Shown: positions 26,738 to 39,157, counted from the stretch's first letter. The stretch is DNA of 55,275 bases from Syntrophobacterales bacterium (GCA_021163105.1 JAGGXJ010000086.1:1-55275), one strand, 5' to 3'. Made by a program: numbers and translations. Notes: generated by a model not told the origin, from the sequence alone.

Positions 26738-28095
26738 TTCAGCAATTTCAGGAACATGGTTGCGAGACCCAGGAAGCAAAAAAATCCGAACGCGTCCGTG
26801 AAGCCCGTAACAAAGATGTTAGAGCCCAGGGCGGGATCAGCCTTCAACCACTTCAGGCCCAGAGGGATCAATGTTCCTATCAGTGTGCCCACGAACACAT
26901 TGATTATCATGGCGAGACCGAGGACCAGTCCCAGTACAGGCATTCCCTTCCAGAGATATGCAATGGTGCCGATGACTACACCTATCGCTATTCCGTTGAC
27001 AATCCCCACTACAACCTGTTTATAAAGCGCCTTCTTTGAATTTTCGAAGGTGACATCGCCGAGGGCCAACCCCCGTACGATAAGAGCAAGACTCTGAGCG
27101 CCGGCATTTCCTCCAAGGCCGGCAACTACCGGCATGAAAACCGTGAGGGTGACTACCATCTGTATGGTATTCTCAAAGAATCCTATAACCAGCGCAGATG
27201 CGAGCGCCGTCATAAGGTTGAGATAGAGCCAGGGGAGTCTTCGCCTTATGGATTGTACAGGATTATTGAAAAGGCTATCGTCTTCGTGGAGGCCGGCTAT
27301 GCGGTAGATGTCCTCCGATGATTCCTCCTCCATGACGTCGACGATGTCGTCTATCGTAATTCTGCCCAACAAGTGGTCTTCATTATCCACAACGGGGAGG
27401 TCAACAAGGTCGTACTTTTCAAACATCCTTGCGACCTCTTCCTGGTCCACATCGACATTTACACTCGGTATAGCCTTGTCGATGGCTTCTATGACAGGGC
27501 TGGTTCGTCTGGATGTGATCAGCTTCTGGAGTGGAATAGTGCCGACGAGCTTTTCATCTCTGTCCACAACAAATACGTTATATACGTTTTCAATTTCATC
27601 CGATGCCTGCACCACGGCGCTCAGGGCATTGTTGATGGTGGCGTCTGAATTGACAGAGACCAGCTCCGACTGCATAATACCGCCGGCCGTGTCCTCTTCA
27701 TATTTCAAAAGTTCCTTGAAGTCTTCTGATTCTTCAGGCTCTATCTCGTCAAGGACGGCCTTTGCCTGGTCTTCAGACAGTTCGGCGATGACGTCCGCCG
27801 CGTCATCCGATTCCATCTCATCGACAATCTCGGCGAGTTTTTTGTCGGATATACTCTCGAGTATCTGTTCTCTCGAGATGTCACTGAGTTCGGTGATGAC
27901 ATCGGATGCCTTTTCCACATCCAGGAGAGAAAACAGGCGGAGCTTCTCCTGCTCCTTGAGGTTGTCAATGAGGTCGGCAATATCGGCCGGATGTAGTATT
28001 GAGAACAGGTCGATGATGTCAAACTCCCTGTTCAAACGAATCAAATTCTTTAATTGGCTGAGATATTTTATCTCTTCTTCTCTTTGTTTTTTCAT
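26734..28095 (-). CDS. mgtE: Magnesium transporter MgtE
   Basis: LHPADIADL, MESDDAAD, EDTAGGIM, CBS pair, RRRLPWL, GGNAGAQS, ADPAL. Confidence 0.95.
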   Translation of the reverse strand: MKKQREEEIKYLSQLKNLIRLNREFDIIDLFSILHPADIADLIDNLKEQEKLRLFSLLDVEKASDVITELSDISREQILESISDKKLAEIVDEMESDDAADVIAELSEDQAKAVLDEIEPEESEDFKELLKYEEDTAGGIMQSELVSVNSDATINNALSAVVQASDEIENVYNVFVVDRDEKLVGTIPLQKLITSRRTSPVIEAIDKAIPSVNVDVDQEEVARMFEKYDLVDLPVVDNEDHLLGRITIDDIVDVMEEESSEDIYRIAGLHEDDSLFNNPVQSIRRRLPWLYLNLMTALASALVIGFFENTIQMVVTLTVFMPVVAGLGGNAGAQSLALIVRGLALGDVTFENSKKALYKQVVVGIVNGIAIGVVIGTIAYLWKGMPVLGLVLGLAMIINVFVGTLIGTLIPLGLKWLKADPALGSNIFVTGFTDAFGFFCFLGLATMFLKLLK

Positions 28096-28222
28096 AATAG
28101 GCACCAGTCGATAAGCTAAAACAATATTTATTACCACGTCTTAGGGACCAAGGCAAGACCGAAATAAAACCTTGTTCCCCATTGCTGGCAGGCTGGGCGA
28201 AGGAATATGTTTCTGCAAAAAG

Positions 28223-28262
28223 CTCCCTCTCCCTTGGTGGGAGAGGGTTGGGGTGAGGGTGA
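28223..28262. repeat. CCCTCTCCC-N-GGGAGAGGG (boxC-like) palindromic repeat
   Basis: CTCCCTCTCCCTTGGTGGGAGAGGGTTGGGGTGAGGG immediately after the pyrC stop. Confidence 0.65.
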
Positions 28263-28272
28263 TAAATGTGGT

Positions 28273-29571
28273 TTAAAGCTCGGAGTCAGCGTACCTGACG
28301 TCTCCGCCGACTATGGTCATGACAGCTTTTCCCTTGAACTCCCAGTCGTTAAAAGGACAGTTGCGTCCCTTCGAGCGGAACTTATCCGCGTCAACTGTCC
28401 ATATTTTATTCATGTCTATAACCGTGATATCGGCGTCGGAGCCTGTTTTTAGAGAACCTTTTTTTATTTTCAATATGTTCGCGGGATTTACACTCATTTT
28501 TTCAACCAGCTGATTTATGGTGAGAATTCCGTCATGCACCAGTCTTAAAGAAAGAGCCAGTGAGGTCTCCAATCCTATGATGCCATTCGCGGCATACTCA
28601 AATTCTACATCCTTTTCAATGGGTGAATGGGGCGCGTGATCGCTGGCAATCGCGTCTATCGCGCCGTCCCGCAGCCCCTTTTTTATTGCCTCGACATCGT
28701 CTGAGCCTCTCAGGGGCGGATACATCTTGAAGTTTGTGGAGAATTCCTTCAATGCCTCATCTGTAAGCGTAAAGTAGTGGGGGGCGGTCTCAGCCGTTAC
28801 GTTGATTCCCGCGGATTTGGCCTCCCGGACTGCCTGAACGGAACCGGCCGTGCTTACATGGGCGATATGTACACGGGTCTTCGTGAAACCCGCAAGGCTT
28901 ATGTCTCTTATCACCATTATATCTTCCGCAATGCCGGGGATTCCGGGAAGGCCCAGCTGGGTGGATATAATTCCTTCATTCATCAAGCCGCCCGACGACA
29001 GACCCGTATCCTCGCAGTGCGAGATCACCGGCATATCGAAGGAGCAGGCATATTCGAGGGCGTGTCTCATCAATCCACTGTCTGTAACCGGATTTCCATC
29101 GTCGGAAAAGGCCACTGCTCCTGCGTCTTTAAGATCTCCGAATTCAGTAAGTACCTTCCCGTCCTGTCCCTTGCTGACCGCTGCGATGGGATATACATTT
29201 GCCATTGCTGCGAGTCGGGCCTGTTTATGTATGAATTCCGTCACGGAGCGATTATCATTAACCGGGTCGGTATTCGCCATACAGGCGATGGAGGTAAAAC
29301 CTCCGACCACCGCGGCTTCACTGCCCGTCCGGATGGTCTCTTTGTATTCAAAACCCGGTTCGCGCAGGTGGGTGTGCATATCGATAAAGCCTGGCGTGAT
29401 CATTTTATTTTTCAGGTCGAATATCTCTATATTATCTTTGGAATCTGCTTCAGAGATGGAAATATTCTTTTCCATTCTGGATATCTTTCCATCTTCTATC
29501 AGGATATCCATAACCGTATCTATATTCTGTGAGGGATCTATAACCCTGCCACCCTTGAGTATCAGTTTCAT
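28273..29571 (-). CDS. pyrC: Dihydroorotase (type I)
   Basis: [40 protein letters not shown]. Confidence 0.95.
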   Translation of the reverse strand: MKLILKGGRVIDPSQNIDTVMDILIEDGKISRMEKNISISEADSKDNIEIFDLKNKMITPGFIDMHTHLREPGFEYKETIRTGSEAAVVGGFTSIACMANTDPVNDNRSVTEFIHKQARLAAMANVYPIAAVSKGQDGKVLTEFGDLKDAGAVAFSDDGNPVTDSGLMRHALEYACSFDMPVISHCEDTGLSSGGLMNEGIISTQLGLPGIPGIAEDIMVIRDISLAGFTKTRVHIAHVSTAGSVQAVREAKSAGINVTAETAPHYFTLTDEALKEFSTNFKMYPPLRGSDDVEAIKKGLRDGAIDAIASDHAPHSPIEKDVEFEYAANGIIGLETSLALSLRLVHDGILTINQLVEKMSVNPANILKIKKGSLKTGSDADITVIDMNKIWTVDADKFRSKGRNCPFNDWEFKGKAVMTIVGGDVRYADSEL

Positions 29572-30491
29572 TTTCTGCCTCCTGATAAAAGATATAAAAG
29601 GGCCATTCTTACGGCAACACCATTTGTTACCTGCTCAAGGATAACGGAATGGGGCCCGTCGGCTATCTCCGGAGTGATTTCAACACCTCTGTTTATCGGT
29701 CCCGGGTGCATGACGAGTACATCATCCTTTGCCAGGTTAATATTGTCCCGGTTCAGAGAAAAATGGTTTGCGTATTCGCGGAGAGATGGGAAGAGGTTTC
29801 TTTCCTGTCTCTCAAGCTGCATGCGGAGCATCATAACAACATCCGCGTTTCTTATAGCATCTTCCATCTTGTAATAAACCGAGACGCCCATCTGATCTAT
29901 ATCCCTCGGTATCATCATTGCCGGCCCGCATATTGCCACATCCGCACCCATTTTTGTGAGACCGTATATATTGGAACGTGCCACCCTGCTGTGCGCTATA
30001 TCGCCGACTATGGCAATTTTGAGACCTTCCATGGCGCCCCTCTTCTCCCTTATTGTGAGCATGTCAAGAAGGGCCTGAGTGGGGTGTTCATGTGCGCCGT
30101 CCCCCGCGTTGATGATGGATTGTTCCAGCAGGCCGGATAGGATATGCGCCGCGCCGGCGGCGCTGTGGCGAATTATTATAATATCCGGATTCATCGATTC
30201 CAGATTCTTAGCCGTATCAATGAGAGTTTCTCCTTTTACTACACTGCTTGTGGACGCCGAGATATTTATAGTGTCCGCGCTCAATCTCTTTGCCGCGATC
30301 TCAAAGGATGTTCTTGTCCTGGTGCTTGCCTCGAAGAAGAGAGTGATAACCGTCTTTCCTCTGAGCGTTGGAACCTTTTTGATCTTCCTGGTCGAGATCT
30401 CCTTAAAAGATTCTGCCGTATCGAGTATAAGGTCGATCTCCTCTCTTGAAAGATCTATTATTCCCAGCATGTCTTTTCTTGATAAGTCCAT
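29568..30491 (-). CDS. pyrB: Aspartate carbamoyltransferase catalytic subunit
   Basis: [46 protein letters not shown]. Confidence 0.96.
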   Translation of the reverse strand: MDLSRKDMLGIIDLSREEIDLILDTAESFKEISTRKIKKVPTLRGKTVITLFFEASTRTRTSFEIAAKRLSADTINISASTSSVVKGETLIDTAKNLESMNPDIIIIRHSAAGAAHILSGLLEQSIINAGDGAHEHPTQALLDMLTIREKRGAMEGLKIAIVGDIAHSRVARSNIYGLTKMGADVAICGPAMMIPRDIDQMGVSVYYKMEDAIRNADVVMMLRMQLERQERNLFPSLREYANHFSLNRDNINLAKDDVLVMHPGPINRGVEITPEIADGPHSVILEQVTNGVAVRMALLYLLSGGRK

Positions 30492-30553
30492 AATGTTTTG
30501 CAACCTCTCCCGATCTTGATCGGGACACACCAATACAAATGTCTGTGGATTTG

Positions 30554-31090
30554 CTAACTTTCTTCGATCACAACCTCGTCCGTATTCCTGCTGTCTGTAA
30601 GATTAACACTGATATTTTCCCACAGCGAGGAGGGGAGGGATTTACCTATAAAATCAGCCCTGATGGGAAGTTCCCTGTGCCCCCTGTCGATGAGGACGGC
30701 TAACTGTATCAATTCGGGTCTTCCGAAGTCCATAAGCGCGTCCATAGCGGCCCTTATAGTCCTGCCGGTAAAGAGGACATCGTCCACAATAACAACTTTC
30801 TTGTGATCAAGGGGGAAGGGGATATACGTCTTTTCAATCGCCGGTCTCTTGCTCGTCGTCAGTACATCATCCCGGTACAGCGTTATATCAAGTGTTCCGG
30901 ACATGATATCCGTACCTTCGATAGCAGATATTTTTTCGCGGAGCCTCTCCGACAGGAATATCCCACCTTTTCTTATGCCGATGATGGTAAGATTGTCCGT
31001 ACCCTTATTTCTCTCTAATATTTCGTAGGCAATTCGTGTAAGGGACCTTTCGATCTCTCCCGCATCCATAACCACTTTTTTCTCTTTCAT
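30554..31090 (-). CDS. pyrR: Pyrimidine operon attenuation protein / uracil phosphoribosyltransferase PyrR
   Basis: [48 protein letters not shown]. Confidence 0.96.
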   Translation of the reverse strand: MKEKKVVMDAGEIERSLTRIAYEILERNKGTDNLTIIGIRKGGIFLSERLREKISAIEGTDIMSGTLDITLYRDDVLTTSKRPAIEKTYIPFPLDHKKVVIVDDVLFTGRTIRAAMDALMDFGRPELIQLAVLIDRGHRELPIRADFIGKSLPSSLWENISVNLTDSRNTDEVVIEES

Positions 31091-31105
31091 CTTTATTATT
31101 CCTTA

Positions 31106-31261
31106 GGAATCAAGAATAAATAAGTTATACAGATTGCGCCGTAATTTTGTTTGTTTTCAAGGCGTGTTGAAGCGCGCATAACGAGTTATGTAAGCTTTGA
31201 CGCAACACAGAAAACAAGTAAAAGGCCAAGCAAGGTATATGAGTTATTTATTCTTGCTGAC
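31106..31261. mobile_element. MITE-like element in the pyrR leader
   Basis: Terminal inverted repeats GGAATCAAGAATAAATAA / TTATTTATTCTTGCTGAC (15/18), TTA on both flanks, long imperfect internal palindrome. Confidence 0.7.
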
Positions 31262-31305
31262 TTAATTTGTTATCTGGAGGGAATGCCACTTCCAGAATTT
31301 GTCTC

Positions 31306-31341
31306 AAAAAAAAGCCTCCCCACAAAGTGAGAAGGCTTTTT
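31306..31341 (-). terminator. Terminator hairpin in the pyrR leader (probable attenuator)
   Basis: Minus strand AAGCCTTCTCAC-TTT-GTGGGGAGGCTT plus T-run, downstream of a TTGACA-N17-TATCTA promoter-like sequence (31438-31410). Confidence 0.65.
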
Positions 31342-31579
31342 AATACCATTTTTCAGCGAAGCATTTAAGAAGCATCGGGAATTCCTTTTCGTTGATTTAT
31401 ATATGGTTATAGATACCAGCGTTTATTCTTTGTGTCAAGATGTTAATTAGTGTCTGTCAGAAGCAGCTTCTTTCATAATCTCAGCGTCAATCTATGGGAT
31501 TCCCTGATCTTGCAAATCCCGATATATCGGTACTGAATTGAACTCTTGGTAATGTAATTATTCTATTTCCGGATGGACA

Positions 31580-32194
31580 CTAATGAAGGATACGGCCCAT
31601 CCTGCTCCACCTTACACCTTTGTTGTTCTTATCCCATGACCAGTATATGATGAATGCTTTGCCCAAGACGTCCTTTAGATCTACAAATCCCCAGAATCTG
31701 CTGTCATAGCTCTGATCTCTGTTGTCACCCATAACGAATATATGCCCGGCGGGAACGGTGACTGGTCCGAAATTATCACGTGGCTGTATCGAGGCCGGAA
31801 AGAGTATTCTGTCGGTATAAACCCCGTGACCGTCGTTGTATAAAGAACCGTTCAGATATATCTTTTTGTTTTTTATCTCTATAGTATCACCCGCTATGCC
31901 TACCACCCTCTTTATGAAATCCTTTGATCTATCCATCGGATATATAAAGACAACGATGTCTTCCCTCTTGGGATCATTTACGGATATCAGGGTTTTTCCT
32001 GTAAAAGGTATCTTTACGCCGTAGGTGAACTTATTGACGAGCAGGTGATCTCCTATTTGAAGAGTTGGTTTCATTGATCCGGAGGGTATCTTGAATGCCT
32101 GTACAACAAAAGTCCTGATGAAAAGGGCTATAAGTATAGCTATTATTATTGCCTCTGACCATTCCCTGATCACGGTCTTTCTGTTTTTGCTCAT
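31580..32194 (-). CDS. lepB: Signal peptidase I
   Basis: IPSGSMKPTL, FIKRVVG, FVMGDNRDQSYDSRFWG. Confidence 0.96.
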   Translation of the reverse strand: MSKNRKTVIREWSEAIIIAILIALFIRTFVVQAFKIPSGSMKPTLQIGDHLLVNKFTYGVKIPFTGKTLISVNDPKREDIVVFIYPMDRSKDFIKRVVGIAGDTIEIKNKKIYLNGSLYNDGHGVYTDRILFPASIQPRDNFGPVTVPAGHIFVMGDNRDQSYDSRFWGFVDLKDVLGKAFIIYWSWDKNNKGVRWSRMGRILH

Positions 32195-32269
32195 GATAAT
32201 GTCCCTGACAGTTTTTAAGTTTTTACTTACAGTAAAGGGTTGAGGAGTATAGGACTAAAACTCTATCCC

Positions 32270-32782
32270 TCACGAATATATAGCAGACATTGCTATCACC
32301 ACCATCACAATGGCGAGAGACCCTTTAGCCAATATCCCGGCAATCCTTCCCAGCAGTGAGCCCCATCCCGCTCTAACAGCCGGTTTTAGTTTTTTCTGTT
32401 CCAGATATTCTCCCAGGAACGCCCCGGCAAACCCCCCAAGGAAGACGCCGATTACAGCACCCAATCCGAATAAAATCGGAGTCATCAAAATTGCACCGAT
32501 AATTCCTCCAATGATAGACAATGCCACGCTTTTCTTTGATGAACCATATCTCCTGGTGCCAGCGATTCCCAAAAGAAAATCTATAGTTTCTGCCAGTAGA
32601 GAAATAAAGACAAGCGCGATAATTATCTTAAAACCAATTTTCTCAAAACCTGTTATCCAGGAGTAGATAATAACATCTCCAAGAATCAGAAAAGTTCCCG
32701 GGAGACCGAATATAATGGAGAAGAGCCCAATAAATAATATAATGACGAATATTGTTAACACGGTTGCTTCGAAGAGAGGCAA
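32270..32782 (-). CDS. DUF456 family membrane protein (start codon uncertain, TTG proposed)
   Basis: GLPGTF, RRYGSSK, GAVIGVFLGGFAGAFLGEY glycine-rich TM pattern. Confidence 0.75.
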   Translation of the reverse strand: MPLFEATVLTIFVIILFIGLFSIIFGLPGTFLILGDVIIYSWITGFEKIGFKIIIALVFISLLAETIDFLLGIAGTRRYGSSKKSVALSIIGGIIGAILMTPILFGLGAVIGVFLGGFAGAFLGEYLEQKKLKPAVRAGWGSLLGRIAGILAKGSLAIVMVVIAMSAIYS

Positions 32783-32783
32783 A

Positions 32784-33707
32784 CTATTTTTTCCTCTTTT
32801 CCTTTGAAGGACTGATGGATTCCCAGACCAGAACAGTTGGACTGGCAATAAATATGGAGGAGTAGGTTCCTACCAGTATCCCTACAAGCAGAGCAAAGGC
32901 GAAATCATGAATGACTGCTCCACCGAAAATAAACAGGGCAAGCACAACAAGAAGAGTCGTAACCGATGTAAGTACTGTCCTGCTCAGCACCTGGTTTATA
33001 CTTGAGTTTACGATATCCTTAAGCGATTGCTTTCTTATGCCCTTTATATTCTCCCTTATCCTGTCATATACGACGATGGTGTCATTGAGTGAATAACCTA
33101 TAATTGTCAGCAGCGCCGCGATTATGGGGAGCGTGAATTCCTTGCCCAAGAGGGAGAAAATTCCGACGGTGATGACGACATCATGAATGAGAGCTATAAC
33201 CGCCCCTACAGCATAGCGCAGTTCGAATCTCCAGGTAACATAAATCAATATTCCGATTACCGCGTAAAGCATAGCCAGCATGCCTTTTTCTCTCAGGTCT
33301 TTACCAACCTTCGGTCCTACGACTTCGACTCTTCTTATCTCAAAATCCCCCTTGTTGTAGGAAGAGTTCAAAGCCTCTTCAATCCTGTTCGAAAGTCCCT
33401 TGAGAGCGGAGCTGGACTTCTCTGTCTTGATCAGAAACTCGTTGTTATCATGATATCCAAAACGCTGAATGACGCTGTTCCCGAGATTGATGGTTTTTAG
33501 AGAATCCCTTATCCTGTCCGCGTTTGTTTCCTGAGAGAACTTTATCTGCACCAGCGTTCCTCCGGCAAAATCTATGCCCAGATTGGGTCCGCCGTGCAGC
33601 AACAGGGACAGTATGCTTATGATTATCACAGACAGCGAAACCACAAAAGCAATCTTCATCCTTCCGACAATATCAATATTTATTCCGGGCTTTATAATTT
33701 CCATCAA
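32784..33707 (-). CDS. secF: Protein translocase subunit SecF
   Basis: NLGIDFAGG, VGPKVG, LTIIGYSLNDTIVVYDRIRE, GTYSSIFIA. Confidence 0.96.
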   Translation of the reverse strand: MMEIIKPGINIDIVGRMKIAFVVSLSVIIISILSLLLHGGPNLGIDFAGGTLVQIKFSQETNADRIRDSLKTINLGNSVIQRFGYHDNNEFLIKTEKSSSALKGLSNRIEEALNSSYNKGDFEIRRVEVVGPKVGKDLREKGMLAMLYAVIGILIYVTWRFELRYAVGAVIALIHDVVITVGIFSLLGKEFTLPIIAALLTIIGYSLNDTIVVYDRIRENIKGIRKQSLKDIVNSSINQVLSRTVLTSVTTLLVVLALFIFGGAVIHDFAFALLVGILVGTYSSIFIASPTVLVWESISPSKEKRKK

Positions 33708-33740
33708 CGTCTCCGTTCCAGTATAGATATTTAAATTTTG

Positions 33741-35339
33741 TTATATGCTTACTCTCTTGATATTTTTGTCCCATATGAAATAATCGTAAATGATTCTCGT
33801 CACAAAGATAGCGGTGAACATACTGCATATTATGCCTATGCTGAGCGTGACGGCGAATCCCTTGATGGCCCCTGTCCCGAACTGAAAAAGCACTAGAGCG
33901 GCGATAAGAGTGGTGACATTTGCATCCACGATAGTGAGCAGTGCCTTTGAGTATCCTCCTCCTATAGCAGCCCTTGGGGATTTGCCAAGTCTCAATTCCT
34001 CCCTGATCCTCTCGAATATGAGGACATTCGCATCCACGGCCATGCCTATGGTCAGCACGATACCGGCGATACCGGGAAGGGTGAGAGTTGCCTTGAATGC
34101 GGCAAGTGTTCCCAGAATCAGTACTATGTTCAGGAAGAGTGCGATATCGGCGACGATTCCCGACAGGCTATAGTACAGCACCATAAACAGTATAACCAGA
34201 ATGCTGCCCACGATTATGGACAGTATACCCTTGTTTATGGAATCCTGGCCGAGTGAGGGTCCCACGGTTCTCTGCTCTAATATTCTGACGGGTGCCGGCA
34301 GAGCGCCTGCCCGTAGAACGATGGCCAGATCGTGTGCTTCGTCCGTGGTAAAGCTTCCGGTAATCTGGGCATTGCCGCCCGATATTCTTTCCTGTATCAC
34401 AGGCGCCGAGTGAACCACGCCATCCAGAACAATTGCCAGGTGTTTCTTGACATTTGCTGCCGTTATCCTGTCGAAATCTCTCGCGCCCTGCGAATCAAAT
34501 TTCAGGGAGACATATGCCTCACCAAACCTGTTGCTGATTGATACCCTGGCATCCTCAAGGGATTCTCCTGTAAGGAGAGTCTTTTTTTTGAGCAGGTATG
34601 GTATTTTCGTTCTTCGTCCCGTCTCACTTTCTACCTTGTACCCGTAAGCTACAGCGTCTCCGGCGGGCACATTTCCCCTGAGCGCATCCTCCAGGCTGTG
34701 GCTTTCATCCAGCAGCTTGAATTCCAGAAGAGCTGTTTTCCCGATCAGGTTGATTGCCCTTTGCGGGTCTTTGATTCCCGGTAGTTGTATAAGGATGCGC
34801 TTCTTGCCCTGGGGGATTATTTCAGGTTCAGAAACACCGAATTCATCCACCCTGTTCCGTATTGTCTCAAGGCTCTGTTCGAGGGCAAACTTTTCTATCG
34901 AGGCGATCTGCTTATCCTTTATCTTTAGATAAACTTTTTCTTTTCCCTCTGTTATTTCTGAAGATTTAATGTCAAGGTTGGGGAAGTCGTTTTTCAGTAT
35001 CTTTTCGAACCGCGTGCTTGCCTCCTTATTGGGCAATTCAAGGGTAGTAACAGCTCCGCCTTCCCGATCCAGATGTTTAAACCGCACCCTTTTTTCCATG
35101 AGGGTATCTTTCAACTCATTCGAGATCCTTTCCATGGCACTCTCGACCGCCTTTTCGGTTTCCACCTCCAAAACCAGGTGCATTCCCCCCTGAAGATCCA
35201 GCCCAAGGTGGATCTTTTCCGTGTGGTTACTCCAGACAGAAGGAATTTTCTGTGTTATTGAGGGTATAAGAAAGAATAGCGCGGCTGCGATGATGACAAG
35301 CGTTACAATTCCTCTCACCTTGATATTTTTGTCGGACAT
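33741..35339 (-). CDS. secD: Protein translocase subunit SecD
   Basis: LGLDLQGG, RVDEFGVSEP, TVGPSLG, GMAVDANVLIFERIREE. Confidence 0.96.
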   Translation of the reverse strand: MSDKNIKVRGIVTLVIIAAALFFLIPSITQKIPSVWSNHTEKIHLGLDLQGGMHLVLEVETEKAVESAMERISNELKDTLMEKRVRFKHLDREGGAVTTLELPNKEASTRFEKILKNDFPNLDIKSSEITEGKEKVYLKIKDKQIASIEKFALEQSLETIRNRVDEFGVSEPEIIPQGKKRILIQLPGIKDPQRAINLIGKTALLEFKLLDESHSLEDALRGNVPAGDAVAYGYKVESETGRRTKIPYLLKKKTLLTGESLEDARVSISNRFGEAYVSLKFDSQGARDFDRITAANVKKHLAIVLDGVVHSAPVIQERISGGNAQITGSFTTDEAHDLAIVLRAGALPAPVRILEQRTVGPSLGQDSINKGILSIIVGSILVILFMVLYYSLSGIVADIALFLNIVLILGTLAAFKATLTLPGIAGIVLTIGMAVDANVLIFERIREELRLGKSPRAAIGGGYSKALLTIVDANVTTLIAALVLFQFGTGAIKGFAVTLSIGIICSMFTAIFVTRIIYDYFIWDKNIKRVSI

Positions 35340-35360
35340 TTGAGTTCCTTTCGCTGTTAC

Positions 35361-35681
35361 TTATGAAGTTTCCTTTTGTATGATAGTCGCAATGTGGCCT
35401 CTTGAAACCTTGATTTTTACCTTGTCGGCTACTTCCAGGGTTACAACCTGTTCCGCAACGGCTGTAATCTTTCCGTGCAGTCCGCCCACTGTGATTACCA
35501 TGTCTCCATGGGCGAGATTACCCAGCATTTCCTTGGTTTCTTTTTGTTTCTTCTGTTGTGGTCTTATGAGAAGAAAATAAAAGATGGCGAAGATGGCGAC
35601 CATGACAACAATAAAACTCATGTCTCCTCCGGCTGCCCCACCTGCTCCACCTGCTCCCATCGCGTATGCTATGCCTGTCAT
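35361..35681 (-). CDS. yajC: Preprotein translocase subunit YajC
   Basis: IFYFLLIRPQQKKQK, GDMVITVGGLHG; located between tgt and secD. Confidence 0.95.
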   Translation of the reverse strand: MTGIAYAMGAGGAGGAAGGDMSFIVVMVAIFAIFYFLLIRPQQKKQKETKEMLGNLAHGDMVITVGGLHGKITAVAEQVVTLEVADKVKIKVSRGHIATIIQKETS

Positions 35682-35729
35682 CTTATCTTTTCCCCCTTGA
35701 AATTTTTATTTGCTTTCAGCCCCCGTGTC

Positions 35730-37004
<1,275 letters not shown>

Positions 37005-37005
37005 T

Positions 37006-38034
37006 TTACAATATCAGCATGCAATCGCCATAACTGTAAAACCTGAACTTCTCCTCGATGGCCTTTGCATATGCCCTGCGCATAAGATCTTTTCCGGCGA
37101 AGGCGCAGACAAGGAGAAAGAGTGAAGACGCCGGCAGGTGAAAATTTGTCAGTACCTTGTCCACAGCCTTGAAACGATAACCCGGATATATGAAAAGATT
37201 GGTGTTGCCTTTTCCCGGAGTTATCTTTCCCTCCGGGTCAGATGCCGACTCCAGTGTTCTTATGGAAGTTGTGCCCACAGCCACAACTCTCTCGGCACTA
37301 TTGATCTTTTCAGCCGTCTCTTCACTTACCTCAAAAGTTTCACTCTCCATTTTATGGTCTGTCACGAACTCTGATTCGATAGGAATGAAGGTTCCATATC
37401 CAACATGCAATGTTACTTGCGCAATATCGGTTCCCTTCTCGCGCAGCGTGTCGAGAATTTCTTCAGAGAAATGCAGACCGGCGGTAGGGGCTGCGACAGA
37501 CCCGGGATTTTTCGCGTAAACGGTCTGATATCTCAACAAATCACTCGGATCTTTAATCTGTCCTCTTTTCCTTTTTATATAGGGTGGCAGAGGCGCGCTT
37601 CCAAACTTTTCTAAAAAGGCATCGAATCCGGTCGCCGGGTGAAATCTAATTAGCCACTTCTTGCCGGAAATCCGTTTCGTTATCTCCGCCCATGAGCGGT
37701 CGTCAAAAGATATCTTTGTGCCAATGCTGACTCGCTTTGCCGGTTTCAACAGGACCTCCCATATCATGGGTGAATCTGTTTTTTCGAGCAGGAGCATCTC
37801 AATCGTGGCACCGGTAGATTTTTTTCCGGAAAGCTTCGCTGGAATTACCCTGGAATTGTTGATAACCAGGAGATCGTCTCTCTCCAGGAATTCGGGCAGT
37901 TCATAAAAATGCCTGCATTCGAAGGACCCGCGGCTTCTGTCCACCACCATCATCCTTGAATGATCCCTTGACTCACATGGCTTCTGCGCGATTAATTCTT
38001 TCGGGAGATTATAATAAAATTCTTCAGTTTTCAT
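37006..38034 (-). CDS. queA: S-adenosylmethionine:tRNA ribosyltransferase-isomerase
   Basis: LPKELIAQ, PLPPYI, YQTVYA, GSVAAPTAGLHF, TLHVGYGTF, FYSYGD. Confidence 0.96.
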   Translation of the reverse strand: MKTEEFYYNLPKELIAQKPCESRDHSRMMVVDRSRGSFECRHFYELPEFLERDDLLVINNSRVIPAKLSGKKSTGATIEMLLLEKTDSPMIWEVLLKPAKRVSIGTKISFDDRSWAEITKRISGKKWLIRFHPATGFDAFLEKFGSAPLPPYIKRKRGQIKDPSDLLRYQTVYAKNPGSVAAPTAGLHFSEEILDTLREKGTDIAQVTLHVGYGTFIPIESEFVTDHKMESETFEVSEETAEKINSAERVVAVGTTSIRTLESASDPEGKITPGKGNTNLFIYPGYRFKAVDKVLTNFHLPASSLFLLVCAFAGKDLMRRAYAKAIEEKFRFYSYGDCMLIL

Positions 38035-38164
38035 AGTAAGCTCCGGGAAATAATCAAAAAAGTTCCTCAAAGTCAATAAATAAATACTGTCACTATTTAT
38101 ACGCAGGGCAGGGTGGATCAGGGGAAGCTAATTCGCCGAAACCGGACTTATTATAATTCGGCTA

Positions 38165-38350
38165 TCAGCTTCTTCCCAGATAGACGAGGAACAGACCAAT
38201 TATAACCGATGCGAGTCCCAGTATCCGGAGTGTTCTGCCGGGGGTCTCGTACACCATTATAAGATAAGATTTGATTTTCTCGGGGAAGGCAAAATAAGGG
38301 AGGCCTTCTATTATCAGAACCATTCCTATGACACAGAGGAAAAATTTCAT
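38165..38350 (-). CDS. DUF2065 family small membrane protein
   Basis: IGMVLIIEGLPYFAFP...LRILGL. Confidence 0.8.
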   Translation of the reverse strand: MKFFLCVIGMVLIIEGLPYFAFPEKIKSYLIMVYETPGRTLRILGLASVIIGLFLVYLGRS

Positions 38351-38356
38351 TGATTA

Positions 38357-39157
38357 TCAATTACCTTTCTCTATTTCTTTTGCCTTATTCCACAAATTAT
38401 CCATCTCTTTCAGAGAGGCATCGCGTGGAGACTTTCCTTTCTTTCTCAAACCCTCCTCAATAAATGAAAATCTCTCCGCGAATTTTCTCAACGAAAATTT
38501 GAGGGCATTCTCAGGATCCGTTCCGGTGAATCGGCACAGATTAACAAGTGAGAGAAACATGTCGCCTATCTCGTTTTCTATGCGATCTTTCTTTCCGCCT
38601 GAAACAGCCTCCCTGAGCTCCTTCATCTCTTCGTCAATTTTCTCCATGACGCCGTCTGTGTCTTTCCAGTCAAAACCTTCCCTGGATGCTCTGCCGGTTA
38701 CTTTATGCGCCGCCATAAGAGGGGGCATGGAGCGCGGTATGCCACGGAGAAGAGACTCATCCTTTATTTCTTTTTTCCCCTCGCGGTTTTTTATCTCTTT
38801 CCAGTTGGACAGGATTTCCTCCACATCGCGGACTTTTGTATCTCCGAAAACATGAGGGTGGCGGCGTATCATCTTTTCCGACACAATATCCACTACGTCC
38901 GATATATCAAATTCGCCCTTTTCGTCCGAGAGTGTTGCCAGAAACAATATCTGGAAGAGGACATCTCCGAGTTCCTCCTTCAGGGCATCCGGGGAACCGT
39001 CATCTATCGCGTCGATGACCTCGTATGCCTCCTCCATCAAATATCTTCCGACATCCTCTTTTTTCTGCTGTTGGTCCCACAGGCATCCGTCCGGGGCTCT
39101 TAGTCTGTCTATGATTTTGGTAATTCTGCTGAAGCTATATTTCTGCTGATCTTTCAA
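38357..39157 (-). CDS. mazG: Nucleoside triphosphate pyrophosphohydrolase MazG
   Basis: LRAPDGCLWD, EEAYEV, EELGDVLFQ, KMIRRHPHVF, GFDW, EIGDM. Confidence 0.94.
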   Translation of the reverse strand: MKDQQKYSFSRITKIIDRLRAPDGCLWDQQQKKEDVGRYLMEEAYEVIDAIDDGSPDALKEELGDVLFQILFLATLSDEKGEFDISDVVDIVSEKMIRRHPHVFGDTKVRDVEEILSNWKEIKNREGKKEIKDESLLRGIPRSMPPLMAAHKVTGRASREGFDWKDTDGVMEKIDEEMKELREAVSGGKKDRIENEIGDMFLSLVNLCRFTGTDPENALKFSLRKFAERFSFIEEGLRKKGKSPRDASLKEMDNLWNKAKEIEKGN

